A DNA stretch of 64,000 bases. Source: Eledone cirrhosa (Eukaryota). The DNA is taken from positions 62,001-126,000 of the forward strand of contig CAXHJY010001692.1 of assembly GCA_964016885.1 (NCBI GenBank), in the 5' to 3' direction. The translations under genes were made by a program, and so were the position numbers. The notes beneath the pieces were generated by a model. That model was not told the DNA's origin and did not search any database. It worked only from the letters and a program-made list of their open reading frames with translations. Below, one piece after another: positions 28,801 through 42,000 of the stretch; positions within the stretch are counted from its first letter, which is position 1; each line of letters starts with the position of its first letter.

Positions 28801-31800
28801 AGAACGTCCAATAGAATGACAGTCGTTAGAACGTCCAATAGAATGACAGTCGTTAGAACGTCCAATAGAATGACAGTCGTTAGAACGTTCAATAGAATGA
28901 CAGTCGTTAGAACGTCCAATAGAATGACAGTCGTTAGAAGGTCCAATAGAATGACAGTCGTTAGAAGGTCCAATAGAATGACAGTGATTAGAACGTTCAA
29001 TAGAATGACAGTCGTTAGAACGTTCAATAGAATGACAGTCGTTAGAACGTCCAATAGAATGACAGTCGTTAGAACGTCCAATAGAATGACAGTCGTTAGA
29101 ACGTCCAATAGAATGACAGTCGTTAGAACGTCCAATAGAATGACAGTCGTTAGAACGTCCAATAGAATGACAGTCGTTAGAACGTCCAATAGAATGACAG
29201 TCGTTAGAACGTTCAATAGAATGACAGTCGTTAGAACGTCCAATAGAATGACAGTCGTTAGAAGGTCCAATAGAATGACAGTCGTTAGAAGGTCCAATAG
29301 AATGACAGTGGTTAGAACGTTCAATAGAATGACAGTCGTTAGAACGTCCAATAGAATGACAGTCGTTAGAACGTCCAATAGAATGACAGTCGTTAGAACG
29401 TCCAATAGAATGACAGTCGTTAGAACGTCCAATAGAATGACAGTCGTTAGAACGTTCAATAGAATTACAGTCGTTAGAACGTTCAATAGAATGACAGTTG
29501 TTAGAACGTCCAATAGAATGACAGAGTCGTTAGAACGTTCAATAGAATGACAGAGTCGTTAGAACGTTCAATAGAATGACAGTCGTTAGAACATTCAATA
29601 GAATGACAGTCGTTAGAACGTCTAATAGAATGACAGCCGTTAGAACGTTCAATAGAATGACAGTCGTTAGAACGTCCAATAAAATGACAGAGTCGTTAGA
29701 ACATTCAATAGAATAACAGTCGTTAGAACGTCCAATAGAATGACAGTCGTTAGAACGTTCAATAGAATGACAGTCGTTAGAACGTCTAATAGAATGACAG
29801 TCGTTAGAAGGTCCAATAGAATGACAGTCGTTAGAACGTTCAATAGAATGACAGTGGTTAGAATGTCCAATAGAATGACAGTCGTTAGAACGTCCAATAG
29901 AATGACAGTCGTTACTACGTCCAATAGAATGACAGTCGTTAGTACGTCCAATAGAATGACAGTCGTTATAACGTTCAATAGAATGACAGTCGTTAGAACG
30001 TCCAATAGAATGACAGTCGTTAGAACGTTCAATAGAGTGACAGTCGTTAGAAGGTCCAATAAAATGACAGTCGGTAGTACGTCCAATAGAATGACAGTCG
30101 TTATAACGTTCAATAGAATGACAGTCGTTAGAACGTCCAATAGAATGACAGTCGTTAGAACGTCCAATAGAATGACAGTCGTTAGTACGTCCAATAGAAT
30201 GACAGTCGTTAGAACGTCCAATAGAATGACAGTCGTTAGAACGTCCAATAGAATGACAGTCGTTAGAACGTACAATAGAATGACAGTCGTTAGAACGTCC
30301 AATAGAATGACAGTCGTTAGAACGTACAATAGAATGACAGTCGTTAGAACGTCCAATAGAATGACAGTCGTTAGAACGTTCAATAGAATGACAGTCGTTA
30401 GAACGATCAATAGAATGACAGTCGTTAGAACGTTCAATAGAATGACAGTCGTTAGAACGTCCAATAGAATGACAGTCGTTAGAACGTCCAATAGAATGAC
30501 AGTCGTAATAACGTTCAATAGAATGACAGTCGTTAGAACGTTCAATAGAATGACAGTCGTTAGAACGTCCAATAGAATGACAGTCGTTACTACGTCCAAT
30601 AGAATGACAGTCGTTAGAACGTCCAATAGAATGACAGTCGTTATAACGTTCAATAGAATGACAGTCGTTAGAAGGTCCAATAGAATGACAGTCGTTAGAA
30701 CGTCCAATAGATTGACAGTCGTTAGAACGTCCAATAGAATGACAGTCGTTAGAACGTTCAATAGAATGACAGTCGTTAGAACGTACAATAGAATGACAGT
30801 CGTTAGAACGTCCAATAGAATGACAGTCGTTAGAACGTTCAATAGAATGACAGTCGTTAGAAGGTCCAATAGAATGACAGTCGTTAGAACGTACAATAGA
30901 ATGACAGTCGTTAGAACGTCCAATAGAATGACAGTCGTTAGAACGTCCAATAGAATGACAGTCGTTAGAACGTCCAATAGAATGACAGTCGTTAGTACGT
31001 CCAATAGAATGACAGTCGTTAGAACGTCCAATAGAATGACAGTCGTTAGAAGGTCCAATAGAATGACAGTCGTTAGAAGGTCCAATAGAATGACAGTCGT
31101 TAGAAGGTCCAATAGAATGACAGTCGTTAGAACATCCAATAGAATGATAGTCGTTAGAAGGTCCAATAGAATGACAGTCGTTAGAACGTCCAATAGAATG
31201 ACAGTCGTTAGAAGGTCCAACAGAATGACAGTCGTTAGAAGGTCCAATAGAATGACAGTCGTTAGAACGTCCAATAGAATGACAGTCGTTAGTACGTCCA
31301 ATAGAATGACAGTTGTTAGAACGTCCAATAGAATGACAGTCGTTAGTACGTCCAATAGAATGACTGTCGTTAGAACGTCCAATAGAATGACAGTCGTTAG
31401 AACGTCCAATAGAATGACAGTCGTTAGAACGTCCAATAGAATGACAGTCGTTAGAACGTCCAATAGAATGACAGTCGTTAGAATGTCCAATAGAATGACA
31501 GTCGTTAGTACGTCCAATAGAATGACAGTCGTTAGAACGTCCAATAGAATGACAGTCGTTAGAACGTCCAATAGAATGACAGTCGTTAGAACGTCCAATA
31601 GAATGACAGTCGTTAGAACGTCCAATAGAATGACAGTCGTTAGAACGTCCAATAGAATGACAGTCGTTAGAACGTCCAATAGAATGACAGTCGTTAGAAC
31701 GTTCAATAGAATGACAGTCGTTAGAACGTCCAATAGAATGACAGTCGTTAGTACGTCCAATAGAATGACAGTCGTTAGAACGTCCAATAGAATGACTGTC

Positions 31801-33008
31801 GTTAGAACGTCCAATAGAATGACAGTCGTTAGTACGTCCAATAGAATGACAGTCGTTAGAACGTCCAATAGAATGGCAGTCGTTAGAACGTCCAATAGAA
31901 TGACAGTCGTTAGAATGTCCAATAGAATGACAGTCGTTAGTACGTCCAATAGAATGACAGTCGTTAGAACGTCCAATAGAATGACAGTCGTTAGAACGTC
32001 CAATAGAATGACAGTCGTTAGAACGTCCAATAGAATGACAGTCGTTAGAACGTCCAATAGAATGACAGTCGTTAGTACGTCCAATAGAATGACAGTCGTT
32101 AGAACGTCCAATAGAATGACAGTCGTTAGAACGTCCAATATAATGACAGTCGTTAGAACGTCCAATAGAATGACAGTCGTTAGAACGTCCAATAGAATGA
32201 CAGTCGTTAGAACGTTCAATAGAATGACAGTCGTTAGAACGTCCAATAGAATGACAGTCGTTAGAACGTTCAATAGAATGACAGTCGTTAGAACGTCCAA
32301 TAGAATGACAGAGTCGTTAGTACGTCCAATAGAATGACAGTCGTTAGAACGTCCAATAGAATGACAGTCGTTAGAACGTCCAATAGAATGACAGTCGTTA
32401 GTACGTCCAATAGAATGACAGTCGTTAGAACGTCCAATAGAGTGACAGTCGTTAGAACGTTCAATAGAATGAGAGTCGTTAGAACGTCCAATAGAATGAC
32501 AGTCGTTAGAACGTTCAATAGAATGACAGTCGTTAGAACGTCCAATAGAATGACAGTCGTTAGAACGTCCAATAGAATGACAGTCGTTAGAACGTCCAAT
32601 AGAATGACAGTCGTTAGAACGTTCAATAGAATGACAGTCGTTAGAACGTCCAATAGAATGACAGTCGTTAGAAGGTCCAATAGAATGACAGTCGTTAGAA
32701 GGTCCAATAGAATGACAGTGATTAGAACGTTCAATAGAATGACAGTCGTTAGAACGTTCAATAGAATGACAGTCGTTAGAACGTCCAATAGAATGACAGT
32801 CGTTAGAACGTCCAATAGAATGACAGTCGTTAGAACGTCCAATAGAATGACAGTCGTTAGAACGTTCAATAGAATGACAGTCGTTAGAACGTCCACTAGA
32901 ATGACATTCGTTAGAAGGTCCAATAGAATGACAGTCGTTAGAACGTTCAATAGAATTACAGTCGTTAGAACGTTCAATAGAATGACAGTTGTTAGAACGT
33001 CCAATAGA
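25811..33008. repeat. Higher-order block B, tandem copies 2 and 3 (25811-29517, 3,707 bp; 29518-33008, 3,491 bp)
   Basis: Cassettes at 25811 and 29518 and single 29-mers at 28571 and 32305. Variant order is near-identical (compare ORF translations 26033..28603 and 29740..32337). Confidence 0.9.
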
Positions 33009-36000
33009 ATGACAGAGTCGTTAGAACGTTCAATAGAATGACAGAGTCGTTAGAACGTTCAATAGAATGACAGTCGTTAGAACATTCAATAGAATGACAG
33101 TCGTTAGAACGTCTAATAGAATGACAGTCGTTAGAACGTTCAATAGAATGACAGTCGTTAGAACGTCCAATAGAATGACAGAGTCGTTAGAACATTCAAT
33201 AGAATGACAGTCGTTAGAACGTGCAATAGAATGACAGTCGTTAGAACGTTCAATAGAATGACAGTCGTTAGAACGTCTAATAGAATGACAGTCGTTAGAA
33301 CGTCCAATAGAATGACAGTCGTTAGAACGTTCAATAGAATGACAGTGGTTAGAACGTCCAATAGAATGACAGTCGTTAGAACCTCCAATAGAATGACAGT
33401 CGTTAGAAGGTCCAATAGAATGACAGTCGTTAGTACGTCCAATAGAATGACAGTCGTTATAACGTTCAATAGAATGACAGTCGTTAGAACGTCCAATAGA
33501 ATGACAGTGGTTAGAACGTCCAATAGAATGACATTCGTTAGAAGGTCCAATAAAATGACAGTCGGTAGTACGTCCAATAGAATGACAGTCGTTATAACGT
33601 TCAATAGAATGACAGTCGTTAGAACGTCCAATAGAATGACAGTCGTTAGAACGTCAAATAGAATGACAGTCGTTAGAACGTCCAATAGAATGACAGTCGT
33701 TAGCACGTTCAATAGAATGACAGTCGTTAGAACGTCCAATAGAATGACAGTCGTTAGAACGTTCAATAGAATGACAGTCGTTAGAACGTCCAGTAGAATG
33801 ACATTCGTTAGAAGGTCCAATAAAATGACAGTCGGTAGTACGTCCAATAGAATGACAGTCGTTATAACGTTCAATAGAATGACAGTCGTTAGAACGTCCA
33901 ATAGAATGACAGTCGTTAGAACGTCCAATAGAATGACAGACGTTAGTACGTCCAATAGAATGACAGTCGTTAGAACGTCCAATAGAATGACAGTCGTTAG
34001 AACGTCCAATAGAATGACAGTCGTTAGAACGTACAATAGAATGACAGTCGTTAGAACGTCCAATAGAATGACAGTCGTTAGAACGTACAATAGAATGACA
34101 GTCGTTAGAACGTCCAATAGAATGACAGTCGTTAGAACGTTCAATAGAATGACAGTCGTTAGAACGTCCAATAGAATGACAGTCGTTAGAACGTTCAATA
34201 GAATGACAGTCGTAATAACGTTCAATAGAATGACAGTCGTTAGAACGTTCAATATAATGACAGTCGTTAGAACGTTCAATATAATGACAGTCGTTAGAAC
34301 GTTCAATATAATGACAGTCGTTAGAACGTTCAATAGAATGACAGTCGTAATAACGTCCAATAGAATGACAGTCGTTAGAACGTCCAATAGAATGACAGTC
34401 GTTAGAACGTTCAATAGAATGACAGTCGTAATAACGTTCAATAGAATGACAGTCGTTAGAACGTTCAACAGAATGACAGTCGTTAGAACGTCCAATAGAA
34501 TGACAGTCGTTACTACGTCCAATAGAATGACAGTCGTTAGAACGTCCAATAGAATGACAGTCGTTATAACGTTCAATAGAATGACAGTCGTTAGAAGGTC
34601 CAATAGAATGACAGTCGTTAGAACGTCCAATAGAATGACAGTCGTTAGAACGTCCAAAAGAATGACAGTCGTTAGAACGTGCAATAGAATGACAGTCGTT
34701 AGAACGTTCAATAGAATGACAGTCGTTAGAACGTCCAATAGAATGACGGTCGTTAGAACGTCCAATAGAATGACAGTCGTTAGAACGTCCAATAGAATGA
34801 CAGTCGTTAGAACGTCCAATAGAATGACAGTCGTTAGAAGGTCCAATAGAATGACAGTCGTTAGAACGTCCAATAGAATGACAGTCGTTAGAAGGTCCAA
34901 TAGAATGACAGTCGTTAGAACGTCCAAAAGAATGACAGTCGTTAGAACGTGCAATAGAATGACAGTCGTTAGAACGTTCAATAGAATGACAGTCGTTAGA
35001 ACGTCCAATAGAATGACGGTCGTTAGAACGTCCAATAGAATGACAGTCGTTAGAAGGTCCAATAGAATGACAGTCGTTAGAACGTTCAATAGAATGAGAG
35101 TCGTTAGAAGGTCCAATAGAATGACAGTCGTTAGAAGGTCCAATAGAATGACAGTCGTTAGAACGTCCAATAGAATGACAGTCGTTAGAACGTCCAATAG
35201 AATGACAGTCGTTAGAACGTCCAATAGAATGACAGTCGTTAGAAGGTCCAATAGAATGACAGTCGTTAGAACGTTCAATAGAATGAGAGTCGTTAGAAGG
35301 TCCAATAGAATGACAGTCGTTAGAACGTTCAATAGAATGACAGTCGTTAGAACGTCCAATAGAATGACAGTCGTTATAACGTTCAATAGAATGACACTCG
35401 TTAGAAGGTTCAATACAATAACAGTCGTTAGAACGTCCAATAGAATGACAGTCGTTAGAACGTTCAATAGAATGACAGTCGTTAGAAGGTCCAATAGAAT
35501 GACAGTCGTTAGAACGTCCAATAGAATGACAGTCGTTAGAAGGTCCAATAGAATGACAGTCGTTAGAACGTCCAATAGAATGACAGTCGTTAGAAGGTCC
35601 AATAGAATGACAGTCGTTAGAACGTCCAATAGAATGACAGTCGTTAGAAGGTCCAATAGAATGACAGTCGTTAGAACGTCCAATAGAATGACAGTCGTTA
35701 GAACGTCCAATAGAATGACGGTCGTTAGAACGTCCAATAGAATGACAGTCGTTAGAACGTCCAATAGAATGACAGTCGTTATAACGTTCAATAGAATGAC
35801 AGTCGTTAGAAGGTCCAATAGAATGACAGTCGTTAGAACGTCCAATAGAATGACAGTCGTTAGAAGGTCCAATAGAATGACAATCGTTAGAACGTCCAAT
35901 AAAATGACAGTCGTTAGAAGGTCCAATAGAATGACAGTCGTTAGAACGTTCAATAGAATGACAGTCGTTAGAACGTCCAATAGAATGACAGTCGTTAGAA

Positions 36001-39000
36001 CGTTCAATAGAATGACAGTCGTTAGAACGTCCAATAGAATGACAGTCGTTACTACGTCCAATAGAATGACAGTCGTTAGAACGTCCAATAGAATGACAGT
36101 CGTTATAACGTTCAATAGAATGACAGTCGTTAGAAGGTCCAATAGAATGACAGTCGTTAGAACGTCCAATAGAATGACAGTCGTTAGAACGTCCAATAGA
36201 ATGACAGTCGTTAGAACGTGCAATAGAATGACAGTCGTTAGAACGTTCAATAGAATGACAGTCGTTAGAACGTCCAATAGAATGACGGTCGTTAGAACGT
36301 CCAATAGAATGACAGTCGTTAGAACGTCCAATAGAATGACAGTCGTTATAACGTTCAATAGAATGACAGTCGTTAGAAGGTCCAATAGAATGACAGTCGT
36401 TAGAACGTTCAATAGAATGACAGTCGTTAGAAGGTCCAATAGAATGACAGTCGTTAGAAGGTCCAATAGAATGACAGTCGTTAGAACGTCCAATAGAATG
36501 ACAGTCGTTAGAACGTCCAATAGAATGACAGTCGTTAGAACGTTCAATAGAATGACAGTCGTTAGAACGTCCAATAGAATGACAGTCGTTATAACGTTCA
36601 ATAGAATGACACTCGTTAGAAGGTTCAATACAATAACAGTCGTTAGAACGTCCAATAGAATGACAGTCGTTAGAACGTTCAATAGAATGACAGTCGTTAG
36701 AAGGTCCAATAGAATGACAGTCGTTAGAACGTCCAATAGAATGACAGTCGTTAGAAGGTCCAATAGAATGACAGTCGTTAGAACGTCCAATAGAATGACA
36801 GTCGTTAGAAGGTCCAATAGAATGACAGTCGTTAGAACGTCCAATAGAATGACAGTCGTTAGAACGTCCAATAGAATGACAGTCGTTAGAACGTCCAATA
36901 GAATGACAGTCGTTAGTACGTCCAATAGAATGACAGTCGTTAGAACGTCCAATAGAATGACAGTCGTTAGAACGTCCAATAGAATGACAGTCGTTAGAAG
37001 GTCCAATAGAATGACAGTCGTTAGAACGTTCAATAGAATGACAGTCGTTAGAACGTCCAATAGAATGACAGTCGTTAGAACGTTCAATAGAATGACAGTC
37101 GTTAGAAGGTCCAATAGAATGACAGTCGTTAGAACGTCCAATAGAATGACAGTCGTTAGAAGGTCCAATAGAATGACAGTCGTTAGAACGTCCAATAGAA
37201 TGACAGTCGTTAGAACGTCCAATAGAATGACAGTCGTTAGAACGTCCAATAGAATGACAGTCGTTAGAACGTCCAATAGAATGACAGTCGTTAGAACGTT
37301 CAATAGAATGACAGTCGTTAGAACGTCCAATAGAATGACAGTCGTTAGAACGTTCAATAGAATGACAGTCGTTAGAACGTCCAATAGAATGACAGTCGTT
37401 AGAACGTTCAATAGAATGACAGTCGTTAGAAGGTCCAATAGAATGACAGTCGTTAGAAGGTCCAATAGAATGACAGTCTTTAGAACGTCCAATAGAATGA
37501 CAGTCGTTAGAACGTCCAATAGAATGACAGTCGTTAGAACGTTCAATAGAATGACAGTCGTTAGAACGTCCAATAGAATGACAGTCGTTAGAACGTCCAA
37601 TAGAATGACAGTCGTTAGAACGTCCAATAGAATGACAGTCGTTAGAACGTTCAATAGAATGACAGTCGTTAGAACGTCCAATAGAATGACAGTCGTTAGA
37701 ACGTCCAATAGAATGACAGTCGTTAGAACGTTCAATAGAATGACAGTCGTTAGAAGGTCCAATAGAATGACAGTCGTTAGAACGTCCAATAGAATGACAG
37801 TCGTTAGAAGGTCCAATAGAATGACAGTCGTTAGAACGTCCAATAGAATGACAGTCGTTAGAACGTCCAATAGAATGACAGTCGTTAGAACGTCCAATAG
37901 AATGACAGTCGTTAGAACGTCCAATAGAATGACAGTCGTTAGAACGTTCAATAGAATGACAGTCGTTAGAACGTCCAATAGAATGACAGTCGTTAGAACG
38001 TTCAATAGAATGACAGTCGTTAGAACGTCCAATAGAATGACAGTCGTTAGAACGTTCAATAGAATGACAGTCGTTAGAAGGTCCAATAGAATGACAGTCG
38101 TTAGAAGGTCCAATAGAATGACAGTCTTTAGAACGTCCAATAGAATGACAGTCGTTAGAACGTCCAATAGAATGACAGTCGTTAGAACGTTCAATAGAAT
38201 GACAGTCGTTAGAACGTCCAATAGAATGACAGTCGTTAGAACGTCCAATAGAATGACAGTCGTTAGAACGTCCAATAGAATGACAGTCGTTAGAACGTTC
38301 AATAGAATGACAGTCGTTAGAACGTCCAATAGAATGACAGTCGTTAGAACGTCCAATAGAATGACAGTCGTTAGAACGTCCAATAGAATGACAGTCGTTA
38401 GAACGTTCAATAGAATGACAGTCGTTAGAACGTCCAATAGAATGACAGTCGTTAGAACGTTCAATAGAATGACAGTCGTTAGAACGTCCAATAGAATGAC
38501 AGTCGTTAGAACGTTCAATAGAATGACAGTCGTTAGAAGGTCCAATAGAATGACAGTCGTTAGAAGGTCCAATAGAATGACAGTCTTTAGAACGTCCAAT
38601 AGAATGACAGTCGTTAGAACGTCCAATAGAATGACAGTCGTTAGAACGTTCAATAGAATGACAGTCGTTAGAACGTCCAATAGAATGACAGTCGTTATAA
38701 CGTTCAATAGAATGACACTCGTTAGAAGGTTCAATACAATAACAGTCGTTAGAACGTCCAATAGAATGACAGTCGTTAGAACGTTCAATAGAATGACAGT
38801 CGTTAGAAGGTCCAATAGAATGACAGTCGTTAGAACGTCCAATAGAATGACAGTCGTTAGAAGGTCCAATAGAATGACAGTCGTTAGAACGTCCAATAGA
38901 ATGACAGTTGTTAGAACGTCCAATAGAATGACAGTCGTTAGTACGTCCAATAGAATGACAGTCGTTAGAACGTCCAATAGAATGACAGTCGTTAGAACGT

Positions 39001-42000
39001 CCAATAGAATGACAGTCGTTAGAAGGTCCAATAGAATGACAGTCGTTAGAAGGTCCAATAGAATGACAGTCGTTAGAACGTCCAATAGAATGACAGTCGT
39101 TAGAACGTCCAATAGAATGACAGTCGTTAGAAGTTCCAATAGAATGACAGTCGTTAGAAGGTCCAATAGAATGACAGTCGTTAGAACGTCCAATAGAATG
39201 ACAGTCGTTAGTACGTCCAATAGAATGACAGTCGTTAGAACGTCCAATAGAATGACAGTCGTTAGAAGGTCCAATAGAATGACAGTCGTTAGAAGGTCCA
39301 ATAGAATGACAGTCGTTAGAACGTCCAATAGAATGACAGTCGTTAGAACGTCCAATAGAATGACAGTCGTTAGAAGGTCCAATAGAATGACAGTCGTTAG
39401 AAGGTCCAATAGAAAGACAGTCGTTAGAACGTCCAATAGAATGACAGTCGTTAGAACGTCCAATAGAATGACAGTCGTTAGAACGTCCAATAGAATGACA
39501 GTCGTTAGAAGGTCCAATAGAATGACAGTCGTTAGAAGGTCCAATAGAATGACAGTCGTTAGAACGTCCAATAGAATGACAGTCGTTAGAAGGTCCAATA
39601 GAATGACAGTCGTTAGAACGTCCAATAGAATGACAGTCGTTAGAAGGTCCAATAGAATGACAGTCGTTAGAAGGTCCAATAGAATGACAGTCGTTAGAAC
39701 GTCCAATAGAATGACAGTCGTTAGTACGTCCAATAGAATGACAGTCGTTAGAACGTCCAAAAGAATGACAGTCGTTAGTACGTCCAATAGAATGACTGTC
39801 GTTAGAACGTCCAATAGAATGACAGTCGTTAGAACGTCCAATAGAATGACAGTCGTTAGAACGTCCAATAGAATGACAGTCGTTAGAACGTCCAATAGAA
39901 TGACAGTCGTTAGAATGTCCAATAGAATGACAGTCGTTAGTACGTCCAATAGAATGACAGTCGTTAGAACGTCCAATAGAATGACAGTCGTTAGAACGTC
40001 CAATAGAATGACAGTCGTTAGAACGTCCAATAGAATGACAGTCGTTAGAACGTCCAATAGAATGACAGTCGTTAGTACGTCCAATAGAATGACAGTCGTT
40101 AGAACGTCCAATAGAATGACAGTCGTTAGAACGTCCAATAGAATGACAGTCGTTAGAACGTCCAATAGAATGACAGTCGTTAGAAGGTCCAATAGAATGA
40201 CAGTCGTTAGAAGGTCCAATAGAATGACAGTTGTTAGAAGGTCCAATAGAATGACAGTCGTTAGAACGTCCAATAGAATGACAGTCGTTAGTACGTCCAA
40301 TAGAATGACAGTCGTTAGAACGTCCAATAGAATGACAGTCGTTAGTACGTCCAATAGAATGACTGTCGTTAGAACGTCCAATAGAATGACAGTCGTTAGA
40401 ACGTCCAATAGAATGACAGTCGTTAGAACGTCCAATAGAATGACAGTCGTTCGAACGTCCAATAGAATGACAGTCGTTAGAATGTCCAATAGAATGACAG
40501 TCGTTAGTACGTCCAATAGAATGACAGTCGTTAGAACGTCCAATAGAATGACATTCGTTAGAAGGTCCAATAAAATGACAGTCGGTAGTACGTCCAATAG
40601 AATGACAGTCGTTAGAACGTCCAATAGAATGACAGTCGTTAGAACGTCCAATAGAATGACAGTCGTTAGAAAGTTCAATAGAATGACAGTCGTTAGAACG
40701 TCCAATAGAATGACAGTCGTTAGAACGTTCAATAGAATGACAGTCGTTAGAACGTCCAGTAGAATGACAGTCGTTATAACGTTCAATAGAATGACATTCG
40801 TTAGAACGTCCAATAGAATGACAGTCGTTAGAACGTCCAATAGAATGACAGTCGTTAGAACGTCCAATAGAATGACAGTCGTTAGAACGTCCAATAGAAT
40901 GACAGTCGTTAGAACGTTCAATAGAATGACAGTCGTTAGAACGTCCAATAGAATGACAGTCGTTAGAACGTTCAATAGAATGACAGTCGTTAGAACGTTC
41001 AATAGAATGACAGTCGTTAGAACGTTCAATAGAATGACAGTCGTTAGAACGTTCAATAGAATGACAGTCGTTAGAACGTCCAATAGAATGACAGTCGTTA
41101 GAACGTTCAATAGAATGACAGTCGTTATAACGTTCAATAGAATAACAGTCGTTAGAACGTTCAATAGAATGACAGTCGTTAGAACGTCCAATAGAATGAC
41201 AGTCGTTAGAAGGTCCAATAGAATGACAGTCGTTAGAACGTCCAATAGAATGACAGTCGTTACTACGTCCAATAGAATGACAGTCGTTAGAACGTCCAAT
41301 AGAATGACAGTCGTTAGAAGGTCCAATAGAATGACAGTCGTTAGAAGGTCCAATAGAATGACAGTCGTTAGAACGTCCAATAGAATGACAGTCGTTAGTA
41401 CGTCCAATAGAATGACAGTCGTTAGAACGTCCAAAAGAATGACAGTCGTTAGTACGTCCAATAGAATGACTGTCGTTAGAACGTCCAATAGAATGACAGT
41501 CGTTAGAACGTCCAATAGAATGACAGTCGTTAGAAGGTCCAATAGAATGACAGTCGTTAGAACGTCCAATAGAATGACAGTCGTTAGAAGGTCCAATAGA
41601 ATGACAGTCGTTAGAACGTCCAATAGAATGACAGTCGTTAGAAGGTCCAATAGAATGACAGTCGTTAGAACGTCCAATAGAATGACAGTCGTTAGAACGT
41701 CCAATAGAATGACAGTCGTTAGAACGTCCAATAGAATGACAGTCGTTAGTACGTCCAATAGAATGACAGTCGTTAGAACGTCCAATAGAATGACAGTCGT
41801 TAGAACGTCCAATAGAATGACAGTCGTTAGAAGGTCCAATAGAATGACAGTCGTTAGAACGTTCAATAGAATGACAGTCGTTAGAACGTCCAATAGAATG
41901 ACAGTCGTTAGAACGTTCAATAGAATGACAGTCGTTAGAAGGTCCAATAGAATGACAGTCGTTAGAACGTCCAATAGAATGACAGTCGTTAGAAGGTCCA

